Below, piece after piece: positions 1 to 9,744 of a stretch of DNA of 64,000 bases. The stretch is from positions 1,504,001 to 1,568,000 of the forward strand of contig CAVZVA010000010.1 of the NCBI GenBank assembly GCA_963778655.1. The letters run 5' to 3'. This stretch comes from an uncultured delta proteobacterium (lineage in GTDB: Bacteria > Myxococcota_A > Polyangia > Polyangiales > JAFGIB01). The translations under genes and the position numbers were made by a program. The number at the start of each line of letters is the position of its first letter. Position 1 is the first letter of the stretch. Under the pieces are notes generated by a model. That model had not been told where the DNA came from. It searched no databases and was given only the letters and a program-made list of their open reading frames with translations.

Positions 1-726
1 TGGTCTCGTCCGGGTGCATGGGCTGGTAGCTGGTCGCCCAGCGCAGCGCGCCGTCGAGCGCGGCGTAGGTAGGCGTGCCGCTGCCGCCGCCCCCGCCGCC
101 GCCCGGGGCCGAATTCATGACCGCCGTGACCAGCGCGCCTTCCTGGGTGTCGGTCGGCGCGGGATCCGCGGTCAGCTCTCCGATCGGCACCAGCGGCTGC
201 GAGCAGGCATTCGCGTCGCAGGCGCCGTTGTTTCCGCCCGAGCAGCCGGACGCCGGGTTGTCGTGCGGGAAGAAGCGCAGCGCGACGCGCAGGCCGGCTG
301 CGTTCGGATCTTGAAAGAACGCGGTCAGCGCGGCGCTGGCGTTCGTCCACTTGTTGTTGTTGTTCATCGAGCCCGAGCGGTCGAACATCACCAACATGTT
401 GACCGGCTTGAGCTTGGCCTCGGCCATGCCCTGGCCGCACGCGTTGTCCTCGCTAAGCGGCTGATCGGCCGGCGGGCTCGCGTCGACTGGGCCCGCGTCG
501 AAGAGCATGGTGCTGCCGCCCACGCTGGCGTCCGGGTCGGCGTTGGCGAAGATGTTCGAGCCCGCGTCGCCCGTCCCCGTATCCCCCCCGCACCGGCGGC
601 GGCCTTGCTGGAGTTGTCCGTGTTGGGCGAGCCTTGCGAATCGCGCTGCGACGAGCTGCTGCATGCCGCCGCGAGCGCGGCGATCGCCAGCACGAGATTC
701 GAGCCGCGTGTGTTCCCCAAAGCCAT
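1..726 (-). CDS. VWA-domain lipoprotein, frameshifted at G7 tract (583-589), runs off the window
   Basis: GGAGG RBS and lipobox LAAAC. One extra G joins the frame reading ...KPVNMLVMFDRSGSM (MIDAS DxSxS)...FFP...GTPTYAAL. Confidence 0.75.
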
Positions 727-1139
727 CGGATTACCTCCCAGCTGCTACATCATCCCACTCGGTGAATTGGCGTCTCAATCGAAGCCCAGGGCCACGAGCC
801 GCGCTCGCCTGCGAGGCGTACGGCCGCCCTGCCCGCGTCGTGTTCCTGTGCCGCGTGCTGCGCCCCGTCCATGGTCGCAGCCCACCGCAGGAGTCGCCGT
901 GGGCTGCGTCGTTTTTCTACCGGGGGACAACATGGGGCCGTCCACCATAGCGCAGCGGGGGAGGCCAAGCAGCGGGGAAGGGGGCGGGGATACAGAAGTC
1001 CTGGGGGGGGTACGGCAGGAGCGCAGCTCGAACCGCCGGGCTGCGGACCGAGCGTCACCGGGAATTCACGCGCTAGCGCGCCCAAGGGCGACGGCCAAGG
1101 TTTCGGTGCTGATCATGACCGGTACCAATGACATGAGCG

Positions 1140-1217
1140 CCTCTCGCGGTGGTGCGGCATCCGCCGCGCCGCTAACTGACCGATCGGCATGGCCGTTCCC
1201 GAATCGTGATCGGTCAT
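1140..1217. repeat. Palindromic intergenic repeat, copy 1 (reverse orientation)
   Basis: TGACCGATC...GATCGGTCA hairpin plus GC hairpin tail; near-identical to the reverse complement of 18431-18503 and 38206-38284. Confidence 0.9.
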
Positions 1218-1313
1218 TTAGGCACCGGTATGCGATCGCCGGGACCGGCGGCTCACGCGCGGGTGGCGCAGGCTTTCAGGCGCGACGCCGATCGGCAGTA
1301 TACTGTGCGCGCG

Positions 1314-2168
1314 ATGACCGACGGGTCGGTACACGGAACAGAGCAGCCCGGCGTGCGCGCCTCCGGGGTGCGTGCGCCTCGCGCTGCCCGCGCGGGCCTG
1401 CTCCCGTTGCTGTGCGGCCTGCTGTGTTGTGCGGCCTGCTCTCGCCAGCATCCCGCCGAAGCGGGACCGCCGCCTGCGCCAGCGCCCGCCGCAGCCAACC
1501 CGGCGCTGGCCGCGCCGCAGCCAGCTGCCGAGCCACCCATCGCCGCGCAGCCGTGGCAACCGATCCCGTCGGACCAGGCCGTCCAGCGGGCGAACGATGT
1601 CGCGCAGGACGAGGCGCACGGCCACCCTCAGGCCGAGCCCGATCCTGGCGCGGCCGAAGCCGACAAGCCGCCGCGTGACCTCAGCGCCGAGCTCGGCCAG
1701 ATGATGGCAGGCGCGGCCAGCTGTCTGTCGCCGCGCTCGCCCGAGCAGCCCTACGGGCCGCTCTACCTCGATCTCACCGCGCACGTGATGCCGGGTGGCA
1801 GCGTCAGCCGCGGCGAGGTGGGCGGCGGCGAGCTGCAGGGCGAGGAAGGCGCGTGCGTGCAGCGCATGCTGGAAGCGGCGCACTTCGCGCCGCCGATCGA
1901 GAACGCGCCCCTCGCGGTTCACGCCACGCTCAAGCTCGATCCGCCGATCGCGAAGGCGTCGCCGCCCCAGCCGGCGGCCCCGCCCAAACCGACCTACGCC
2001 GCGGGCTACGACCCCGGGGTGGTTCCGACGGCGGACCCCGGCGTGGTGCCGCCGGCCAATCCCGGTGTGATTCCGCCCTCCGACCCGGGCGTAATTCCCA
2101 CCCCCGATCCGCCCGCGGAAGTGATGCCGATTCCGGAACCGATCGCGCCGCCGCCGGAGTCGCCTTGA
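1314..2168 (+). CDS. Pro-rich exported/lipoprotein with TonB-C/AgmX-PglI-like domain and C-terminal DPGVVP-type octapeptide repeats
   Basis: Hydrophobic stretch ending AAC; helix-Cys...beta-strand...G.V...ACV pattern; about 4 tandem 24-bp repeats at 2010-2110. Confidence 0.6.
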   Translation: MTDGSVHGTEQPGVRASGVRAPRAARAGLLPLLCGLLCCAACSRQHPAEAGPPPAPAPAAANPALAAPQPAAEPPIAAQPWQPIPSDQAVQRANDVAQDEAHGHPQAEPDPGAAEADKPPRDLSAELGQMMAGAASCLSPRSPEQPYGPLYLDLTAHVMPGGSVSRGEVGGGELQGEEGACVQRMLEAAHFAPPIENAPLAVHATLKLDPPIAKASPPQPAAPPKPTYAAGYDPGVVPTADPGVVPPANPGVIPPSDPGVIPTPDPPAEVMPIPEPIAPPPESP

Positions 2169-2216
2169 CCGGCTCAAGCCGCGCGCGTGCCGCCGCGCCG
2201 GGGCGTCGTGCCGTGG

Positions 2217-2531
2217 CTAACGCTTCTTCACCCAACCGGTGCGTCGCGCGTCGAGGCTGATCGGGGCCCGCGCCGAGATGCCGTGGTGAGCGCGAGAATA
2301 GGCCGCTCCGGTGTTCATCGCTTCCTCAGTGAAGGGCCCTTGGGCCGCGTGCTGCAACGGGCCGCCTGGATGCGGGCCCGCCGCTGGGGCGGCTTGGGCA
2401 GCGTCGAGCTCGGGCCGCACGTCCATGTGCGCGAGCACGGTGGTCACCAGCACGAACGCAGCGATCGCCATGCACATGTTCCTGAACCAGTGCCGCGCCA
2501 GGGCCAGCGGGCTCTGATCGGTGGGTTCCAT
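2217..2531 (-). CDS. Small hypothetical membrane-anchored protein
   Basis: GAGG RBS, ATG start, one hydrophobic segment (MCMAIAAFVLVTTVLA). Confidence 0.45.
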   Translation of the reverse strand: MEPTDQSPLALARHWFRNMCMAIAAFVLVTTVLAHMDVRPELDAAQAAPAAGPHPGGPLQHAAQGPFTEEAMNTGAAYSRAHHGISARAPISLDARRTGWVKKR

Positions 2532-2538
2532 GGGGGCC

Positions 2539-2649
2539 TCAGCTGCTGGCCGGCGCGCCGCGGTGCGCCGCCTCGCGGACGGTCGCGCCCGCCGGTAGGG
2601 TTGCCGGGTCCTTGGTCATCACGTCGCGCAGAGTCTGTTGCTTGCTCAT
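2539..2649 (-). pseudogene. Truncated CBS-domain protein (N-terminal about 28 aa only)
   Basis: AAGGAGG RBS; MSKQQTLRDVMTKDPATLPAGATVREAA is a typical CBS start, followed by an early stop with no CBS continuation seen in other frames. Confidence 0.65.
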
Positions 2650-2710
2650 CGCCGCCTCCTTGGCTGGGTTGGTCGCGTGCGCGCAGCTCTCGCGGCACGA
2701 CGCAGGTAAA

Positions 2711-2726
2711 TGCATGCGGCATGCCG
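2711..2726 (-). promoter_or_regulatory. Putative sigma-54 promoter
   Basis: CGGCAT-GCCGC-ATGCA on the minus strand; GG-N10-GC spacing matches TGGCAC-N5-TTGCA, about 60 bp upstream of the CBS start. Confidence 0.55.
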
Positions 2727-2872
2727 AACGCGGGCGCGTGCCGGGCCGCGGCTCGGAGCTCGCGGACGCGCGTGACTCCGGCCGCCGCGAGGCCAAATCG
2801 TCCGATCGAGGCGAAGCGCCACGCCTCGCCATACCGTTGATCCTCCGCAAGCGCAGTCCGGCGTGCGAACCG

Positions 2873-4856
2873 TCAGCCGCCCACGCCGAGCTGCTCGGCG
2901 CGGCTTAGCAGCTCCAGCAGCTCGTGGCGATCGCCGTTCGCGTCGCTGCCGACTGCGGAAGCCGCCAGCTTGCGCACGAGCTGCAGCGAGACGTCCCCGC
3001 GCTGCGCGGAGTTGCGCAACAGCATGCCGAAGCCGGCAACCGCGGCCGCCCAGCGGAAGTCGTCCGAGCTCTGCTCGACGGCGTGGCCGCCGTCTACCGC
3101 GGTGCGGCTGAGCAGCGCGCTGTGCGGGTCGTCGGGCCGCTTGTAGCGCAGCCTGAGGGTCAGCAGCTCGGGGCTATCCGCGGCCGCGGTGGGCTGGCGT
3201 TGCGCCTGGTACTTCAGCGGATCGACCTCGGTCGACCCGGGCGCCTTGCCGTCCGCCAGCTGCACCTCGTAGAGCGCGGTGACGGTGTGCCCCGCGCCCA
3301 TGTCGCCCGCGTCCTTCTTGTCGTCGTTGAAGTCGCGGTCGGCCAGCACGCGATCCTCGTAGCCGATCAAACGGTAGCTCTTCACGCGCTTGGGGTTCCA
3401 CTCGACCTGCAGCTTGACGTCCTTGGCCACGGTGTAGAGCGTGCTGCCCGACTCGCGCACCAGGACCTTGCGCGCCTCGGCCAGCGAATCGATGTATGCG
3501 TAGTGGCCGTTGCCCTTGTCGGCCAGCATCTCCATGGTCGAGTCCTTCAGGTTGCCGGTACCGAAGCCGAGCACGGTCAGAAACACGCCGCTGTCCCGCT
3601 TGTGCTCGATCAGTCGTACCAGCCCGCCCTGGCTGGTGACGCCGACGTTGAAGTCGCCGTCGGTCGCCAGGATCACGCGATTGATCCCGCCGCGCACGAA
3701 GTGCTGCTGCGCCACCCGATAGGCCAGCTCGATGCCGTCGGCGCCGTTGGTCGAGCCGCCGGCCTCGAGCGCGTCGAGCACGCCCAGGATGCGGCCGTGC
3801 TGGTCTCCAGGCGTGCTCTCGAGCACGAGCCCGCTGGCGCCCGCGTACACCACGATCGCGATGCGATCCTGCGGCCGCAGGCGCGGCGCGAGCAGCGAGA
3901 GCCCGCGCTTGAGCAGCGGCAGCTTGTCCGGGGTCTGCATCGAGCCCGAGACGTCGATCAGGAACACGAGGTTGCGCGCCGGCACGGCGGCTTCGGCCAC
4001 CTCGCGCGCGCGCAGCCCGATCTGCACCAGGCGGTGCCCCGGGTTCCACGGCGCCGAGGCAACCTCGGTGGAGACGGCGAAGGGCGCGTCGCCCAGCGGG
4101 GTCGGGTAGCCGTAGCGGAAGTAGTTGATCATTTCCTCGATGCGCACGGCGTCGATCGGAGGACGCTGGCCGTCGCGCAGGAAGCGCCGTACGTTGCTGT
4201 ACGATGCGGTGTCGACGTCGATCGAGAAGGTCGACAACGGGCTGTCGGCAACCAGCTGGAATGGGTTGTCGGCATTGTGCGCGTAGGCTTCGGTGTTGAA
4301 TTGCGGCGGCGGGGGCGCAGCGGCGAGCGCGACCCGCGGGGCGGCAGCGGCTCGTTTCGCGAAGCCACCTGCGCCGCTGCCGTATCCGGCGCTGCCCAGC
4401 GCGCTGCTCGTACGTGCGGCGTGCGCAGAGCCGGCGCGCGCGCTCGCCATCACGCCTTCCAGCGCGGCTTCGTCGTACGCACGTGCGGGCGCCGCGGCGG
4501 AATCGCGGCGTGGCGACTTGTCGGCGGGCGCCGGCTTGGCTTCCGGCGCTTCAGGCTCCTCGGCGAGCTCCAAATTGGGGTTCGTCCTCGGCAGCCGAAT
4601 GGTCGCTCGCGGGCGGCGAGGCCGCGGGCAGCGCCGACGAGGCGGGCGCTGCCGGCGCGCTGACCTGCGTCGCGGGCGTCCCCGCCTGCGGCGCGAGCGC
4701 GATCTTCACTGGGCCGCGCTGCGGCTCGGGTTGCGGTCCTTCTCCGGCGTGGCCACAGCCCAGCGCGGCCAACAGCATGCAGAGCGCGACTGGTGTCGTC
4801 GCGACGGTGGTAAGCGTGCGCACACCTCGGCGCCGCTCGGTTGAACGCTCGAGCAT
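2873..4856 (-). CDS. yfbK: YfbK-like VWA lipoprotein (vWF_A + VWA + DUF3520), +1 frameshift near 4571-4580
   Basis: PLSTFSIDVDTASYSNVRR, LIDVSGSM, ATDGDFNVG, YRLIGYE motifs. RBS and lipobox LAALGC lie in the upstream frame (ATG 4856). Confidence 0.85.
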
Positions 4857-5015
4857 GAGAATCCTCCCTGTGATGGGGTCGCGGGCCCTTGTCTGCCCGG
4901 GCGCCGCGACCGTCGTGAGCAGATAGACGCACCGCGCGCGCGAAAGTTCCGTCTCGCCGCCGCGGCCCACGCGCATGCAGGTGACGTGGCGCGCAGGCGC
5001 TGCTACACCTGCGCC

Positions 5016-5753
5016 ATGCGCACGCTACGGTTCCCAGTCCTCATCCTGCCGTGGACGGTCCTGCTGCTGCTCGGCTGCAACAAGTCCTCGGCCGCGTCGA
5101 GCAATCCGCCCCCCGCCGCCCCGCCGCTGCAGCCGCCGAGCGTGCCGGGCGCACCGGCCCTTCCGCCCGGCCATCCACCGATCGGGTCTGCGGACTCCAT
5201 GCAAGGCGGGCTGCCGCCGGGGCATCCCGCGATCGGGCCGCAGCCCGGACAGGCGCAAGGCGCCGCGGACCTGAGCGCGCCGGCCAGCGCCGGCGGTCTG
5301 AGCTGGACCGCGGCCGTGCCCCTCGAGCGCCGCGCGCCCAAGAGCTCCATGCGCGCGGCCGAGTACGGCGTGCAGGGCGACGCGCAAACCGAGCTGAGCG
5401 TGTTCTACTTCGGCCAAGGTCAGGGCGGCGCAGTCGACGACAACATCGCGCGCTGGCTTGGCCAGATCAGCCAGCCCGACGGCAGCGATACGGCCAAGCA
5501 CGCCAAGCGCGCGGACAAGAAGGTCCACGGCGTGCCCGTAACCACGATCGAGGTCGAGGGCACGTACTCCGGGGGCATGGGCGCGGCCGGTCCGATCGAG
5601 CACGCCGCGCTGCTCGGCGCGATCGCCAGCGGTGCGCAGGGGCCGGTGTTCTTCAAGCTGGTCGGACCCGCGAAGGCGATCGCACGCGCGCGCGCAAGCT
5701 TCGCGGCGCTGGTCGACTCCGTGCACCCGGTCGCCGCGGGCAAACCGCAGTAG
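5016..5753 (+). CDS. Conserved hypothetical lipoprotein with LPPGHP repeats
   Basis: Lipobox LLLGC; two LPPGHP motifs; SSMRAAEY, GGAVDDNIARW, FFKLVGP. Confidence 0.75.
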   Translation: MRTLRFPVLILPWTVLLLLGCNKSSAASSNPPPAAPPLQPPSVPGAPALPPGHPPIGSADSMQGGLPPGHPAIGPQPGQAQGAADLSAPASAGGLSWTAAVPLERRAPKSSMRAAEYGVQGDAQTELSVFYFGQGQGGAVDDNIARWLGQISQPDGSDTAKHAKRADKKVHGVPVTTIEVEGTYSGGMGAAGPIEHAALLGAIASGAQGPVFFKLVGPAKAIARARASFAALVDSVHPVAAGKPQ

Positions 5754-6100
5754 CCTGCGCCGGACAGCGCGCTGCGCCTGAGCCGCTGCACGGGAATGTC
5801 TGCAGGCTTGACGTGTTCACACAGTAGCTCCACGAGCTTGTCAGCACGCGCAAGGCGGCCGGCGTGCAGAAATCCACGTGCGCTGAGATCGACCGTCGAC
5901 CCTGCGTGCGCCCGGCTGGGTGCAGCGGCTCGCCGGCAGCCCCGCGCTCGCGACATGTCGCAACCGGCGAGCTGCGCACTGCGTAGGAGCAGCACGCCGG
6001 CCTCTCCGCGTGCTCGATCAGGATCAAAAGGTCAGCGCCCGCGAACGGAGTCGATGATTCGTCATGCAGGTTTTCTTGTCGCTGCCTGCACGGAGGATAC

Positions 6101-6142
6101 CTACAGAAGTCCAACCACGAGAGATTGGGAGCAGTAGTGTTA
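6101..6142. mobile_element. Solo end of the MITE family found at 20079-20271
   Basis: TACAGAAGTCCAACCACGAGAGATTGGGAGCAGTAGTGT-TA resembles the reverse complement of 20079-20118 and the right TIR 20250-20271. No partner end found. Confidence 0.7.
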
Positions 6143-6176
6143 GGCGCGACGCCTGGAAGGAATACCGAGGTTCACC

Positions 6177-7265
6177 ATGGGCCAAGACGCGAACGCCTTG
6201 ATTTCGGAACATTCCGTGGCGAATTTCGCCGTCCACCCGGGCTTCCAGCGCAACGGGGCTGGGACGAGCCGCATGACGCTGCCTCTGCATCCCGTCAAAG
6301 GCCACGGCTCCGAAGAGTTGATCGGCGGCATCGTCGGCTCGAGCTTGCCGATGCGTCGCATGGTGCGCGTGCTACGTAAGATCGCGGACTGTGCTGCGCC
6401 CGTGTTCATCGCGGGCGAGAGTGGCACCGGCAAGGAGCTGGTCGCTCGCGCGATCCACGGGGCCAGCGCGCGCAGCGAGGGGCCCTTCGTGGCGGTCAAC
6501 TGCGCCGCGCTTTCGGCCAACCTGCTCGAAAGCGAGCTATTCGGGCACGTTCGTGGAGCCTTCACCGACGCCAGGGCCGATCACAAGGGTCTGTTCGTGC
6601 AGGCCTCCGGCGGCACGCTGTTTCTCGACGAGATCGGCGAGCTGCCTGCCGAGCTTCAACCCAAGCTCTTGCGTGTGCTGCAGGACCACCGCGTGCGCCC
6701 GGTGGGAGGCACGGTGGAGCGTGAGGTCGACGTGCGCGTGGTCTCCGCGACCAACCGCGACCTCGAACGCGAGGTCGCCGATCATCGTTTCAGGCAGGAC
6801 CTATTCTACCGCGTGAACGTGATTCAGCTGCAAATGCCGCGCCTGTGCGATCGCGGCGGCGATATCCTGGTGCTGGCCCGGCACTTCCTGTCGTGCATCG
6901 CGGAGCGCGAAGGCCAGCCGATCTGCACGCTCGCGCCCGAGGCGGCGGCGAAGCTGCTCGAATACGACTGGCCAGGCAACGTGCGAGAGCTCGACAACGC
7001 GATGGAACGCGCCGCAGCGCTCGCGCGCGGCGGTCGCGTGGAGCTCGCCGACCTGCCCGAGCGCATACGCGAGCACCACGGGCAGGTGGCGGACGTCGCG
7101 GAAGCTCCGCTCGATCCGATGCCCACGCTCGGCCAGGTCGAGCGGCGCTACGTCCGGCGCGTGCTCAACGCGACCGCTGGCAACAAGACCCAGGCCGCGG
7201 GCATCCTCGGAATCAACCGGCGCACGCTGTACCGCATGCTGGAGCGTTTCGACCGCCAGAGCTGA
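6177..7265 (+). CDS. Sigma-54 enhancer-binding protein (AAA+ plus Fis HTH) lacking an N-terminal sensory/receiver domain; start may be 6273
   Basis: [63 protein letters not shown]. Confidence 0.93.
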   Translation: MGQDANALISEHSVANFAVHPGFQRNGAGTSRMTLPLHPVKGHGSEELIGGIVGSSLPMRRMVRVLRKIADCAAPVFIAGESGTGKELVARAIHGASARSEGPFVAVNCAALSANLLESELFGHVRGAFTDARADHKGLFVQASGGTLFLDEIGELPAELQPKLLRVLQDHRVRPVGGTVEREVDVRVVSATNRDLEREVADHRFRQDLFYRVNVIQLQMPRLCDRGGDILVLARHFLSCIAEREGQPICTLAPEAAAKLLEYDWPGNVRELDNAMERAAALARGGRVELADLPERIREHHGQVADVAEAPLDPMPTLGQVERRYVRRVLNATAGNKTQAAGILGINRRTLYRMLERFDRQS

Positions 7266-7387
7266 GCGGCTCCGGCCGACGCCGAAGAGACCACCGCGGT
7301 GCGGCCGCGTCCGCCGAAGACGCCCGGCGGCCTCTCTGGCGGCAAACGCTGGCGCCTGTGACGGGGCGCGCCGGCTGGCCACTCGGC

Positions 7388-9337
7388 TCAACCGGCGGCG
7401 GCGCGCGCGCGTGCGCTCGCTTCGACGCGCAGCAGGCCCCCTGCGATCGCGATCTCGACCTGGCGCGGCGACATGTCGTGGCGCAGCTCCACCAGGCTGC
7501 CGTCGATTTGGGCGTGCAGCACCCCGCCCCGGCGCAGCGCGGTGTGCAGGCCCGCCAGCTGCAGCGTGCCCTGCGCGCTGGCGATCTGGTCGTAATCCGC
7601 AGGCGAGGAGAAGCGCAGCGGCAGCACGCCGAAGTTGATCAGGTTCTGGAAGTGGATGCGCGCGAAGCTCTTGGCCAGCACAGCCCGCAATCCCAGATGG
7701 CGAGTGGCAAGCGCTGCGTGCTCGCGGCTCGAGCCCTGCCCGTAGTTCGCGCCCGCGACGATCGCGTGCGCACCGATGCGGCGGGCGCGCTGCGCGTAGC
7801 CCGGGTCGAGGCCCTCGAAGCAGAAGTCCGCGATGCGCTCGATGTTGCTGCGGAAGGGCAGCACGCGCGCGCCGGCGGGCAAGATCTCGTCGGTGGATAC
7901 ATCGTCGCCCAGCTTGAGCAGCACCGGTACCACCAGCGAGTCGGGCAAGGCGTCGTGGCGCGGCAGCGGGCGGATGTTCGGCCCCCGCACCAGCTCGACG
8001 CGGCCGGCCGCTTCGGCCTGCAAGGGCGCCAGCAGCAGGCGCCGTGCGCGCGCCGGCTCGCCGCTCGCGCGGGCGACCGGATACGGCTTGCCGAGTGTGC
8101 GCGGATCGGTGATCCGCCCTTGCAGCGCGGATGCGGCTGCGGTCTCAGGGCTGCACAACCACACGCGGTCGTCGTGCGTGCCGCTGCGTCCGGGGAAATT
8201 GCGCGGCACGGTGCGCAGGCTGTTGCGACCGCTGGCGGGCGCCTGGCCCATGCCGATGCAGCCGTTGCACCCGGTCTGGTGCAGGCGCGCGCCAGCGTCG
8301 AGCAGCCTGGTCAGCAGCCCCTCGGCGGCCAGCGCCGACAGCACGCTGCGGGTGGAGGGATTGATGTCGAGCGAGACCTGGGCCGGGACCTGCGCGCCGG
8401 CCACGATCTGCGCCGCGATCGCGAAGTCGCGAAAGCCCGGGTTGGCCGAGGACCCGATGTACGCCTGATGAATCTCCTCACCGGCGACCTCCGCGACCGG
8501 CACCACGTTGCCCGGGCTGGAGGGCTTCGCGATCAGCGGCTGTAGCCTCCCAAGATCGATCTCCTCCTCGACGTCGTAGCTGGCCCCGGGGTCGGCCAGG
8601 ATCTCGGCGAAGGCATCGGCGCGCCCCTGCGCGGCCAGGAAGCTGCGCACGCGGTGATCGGCGGGGAACACGCTGGTGGTCGCGCCCAGCTCGGCGCCCA
8701 TGTTGGCGATCACGTGACGGTCCCAGACGTCGAGCTGCTCGAGACCCGGCCCGCGGTATTCCAGCACCCGGCCCAGGCCGCCGGCCACGCCGTGGCGGCG
8801 CAGCAACTCGAGAATCACGTCCTTGGCGCTGACCCAGTCGGGCAGCTTGCCGTGCAGGGTCACGCCCCAGACCTCGGGCATGGTGACGAAGAAGGGCCTG
8901 CCGGCCATGGCCAGCGCGACCTCCAGGCCGCCCGCTCCGATTGCGAGCATGCCGAGCGCGCCGGCCGCGCAGGTGTGGCTGTCCGAGCCGAGCAGGCTCG
9001 CGCCGGGACGCCCGAAGTGCTCCATGTGCACGGGGTGGCTGACGCCGTTGCCGGGCCGGCTGAACCAGATGCCGAAGCGGCGCGCCGCGCTGTGCAGAAA
9101 TAGATGGTCGTCGCCGTTCTTGAAGTCCTCCTGCAACAGGTTGTGGTCCACGTACTGCACCGAGAGCTCGGTGCGCACGCGCGCCACGCCCATGCGCTCG
9201 AGCTCGAGCATCACCAGCGTGCCGGTGGCGTCCTGAGTCAAGGTCTGGTCCACGCGCAGTGCGATCTCGGCGCTCGGACGCGCTACGCCCTCGACCAGGT
9301 GGGCTGCGATCAATTTATGGGTGACGTTCTGCGGCAT
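7388..9337 (-). CDS. Aconitate hydratase (short Aquifex-type aconitase)
   Basis: QDATGT, DHN, GSDSHT, NMGAELGATTS, GCNGCIGMG, RNFPGR, GQGSSREHAA. Confidence 0.93.
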   Translation of the reverse strand: MPQNVTHKLIAAHLVEGVARPSAEIALRVDQTLTQDATGTLVMLELERMGVARVRTELSVQYVDHNLLQEDFKNGDDHLFLHSAARRFGIWFSRPGNGVSHPVHMEHFGRPGASLLGSDSHTCAAGALGMLAIGAGGLEVALAMAGRPFFVTMPEVWGVTLHGKLPDWVSAKDVILELLRRHGVAGGLGRVLEYRGPGLEQLDVWDRHVIANMGAELGATTSVFPADHRVRSFLAAQGRADAFAEILADPGASYDVEEEIDLGRLQPLIAKPSSPGNVVPVAEVAGEEIHQAYIGSSANPGFRDFAIAAQIVAGAQVPAQVSLDINPSTRSVLSALAAEGLLTRLLDAGARLHQTGCNGCIGMGQAPASGRNSLRTVPRNFPGRSGTHDDRVWLCSPETAAASALQGRITDPRTLGKPYPVARASGEPARARRLLLAPLQAEAAGRVELVRGPNIRPLPRHDALPDSLVVPVLLKLGDDVSTDEILPAGARVLPFRSNIERIADFCFEGLDPGYAQRARRIGAHAIVAGANYGQGSSREHAALATRHLGLRAVLAKSFARIHFQNLINFGVLPLRFSSPADYDQIASAQGTLQLAGLHTALRRGGVLHAQIDGSLVELRHDMSPRQVEIAIAGGLLRVEASARARAAAG

Positions 9338-9407
9338 CGCACGGCGCCTCCGTCGCCGGTTGCGGGCGCGGCTGTGCCGCACGCGCTCCGCGCAACTGAG
9401 CGAGCGA

Positions 9408-9423
9408 TGCATCGGGCGTGCCG
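9408..9423 (-). promoter_or_regulatory. Putative sigma-54 promoter of aconitase
   Basis: CGGCAC-GCCCG-ATGCA on the minus strand, about 70 bp upstream of the ATG. Confidence 0.55.
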
Positions 9424-9744
9424 CGCGGGCATCGCCCGGCGCGGGCCGCGCTCGGGCGCGGACCGAGGCGAAATGTCACACGCGTGCCAGCCTGCCCCGT
9501 GCCGCGGCGAGCTCCGCTGGGCAGGCCCTCCGATCGCCTCCGGTCCGGCGCGGGCGCCCGGACAGGCACGGTCCAGGCGCCGATTGTCGCCTCCAGTCGG
9601 TCGCAAAAAGCAAAGTAAAATCCGTCAGATGTGGACTCGCACGGCGACCCACCGGACCTGCTTGCTGCCGCTTCCGGTGCTCGCGTTGTTGTCCCCGACG
9701 CCCGCGCCATACAAAGTAGCGGGCCGCCTTGCGGCCCTTCGCCT

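Noticed and set aside
5754..6114. ORFs in the gap before the sigma-54 activator
   Set aside because: No recognisable motif or RBS and atypical codon usage; may be a decayed remnant but cannot be assigned.
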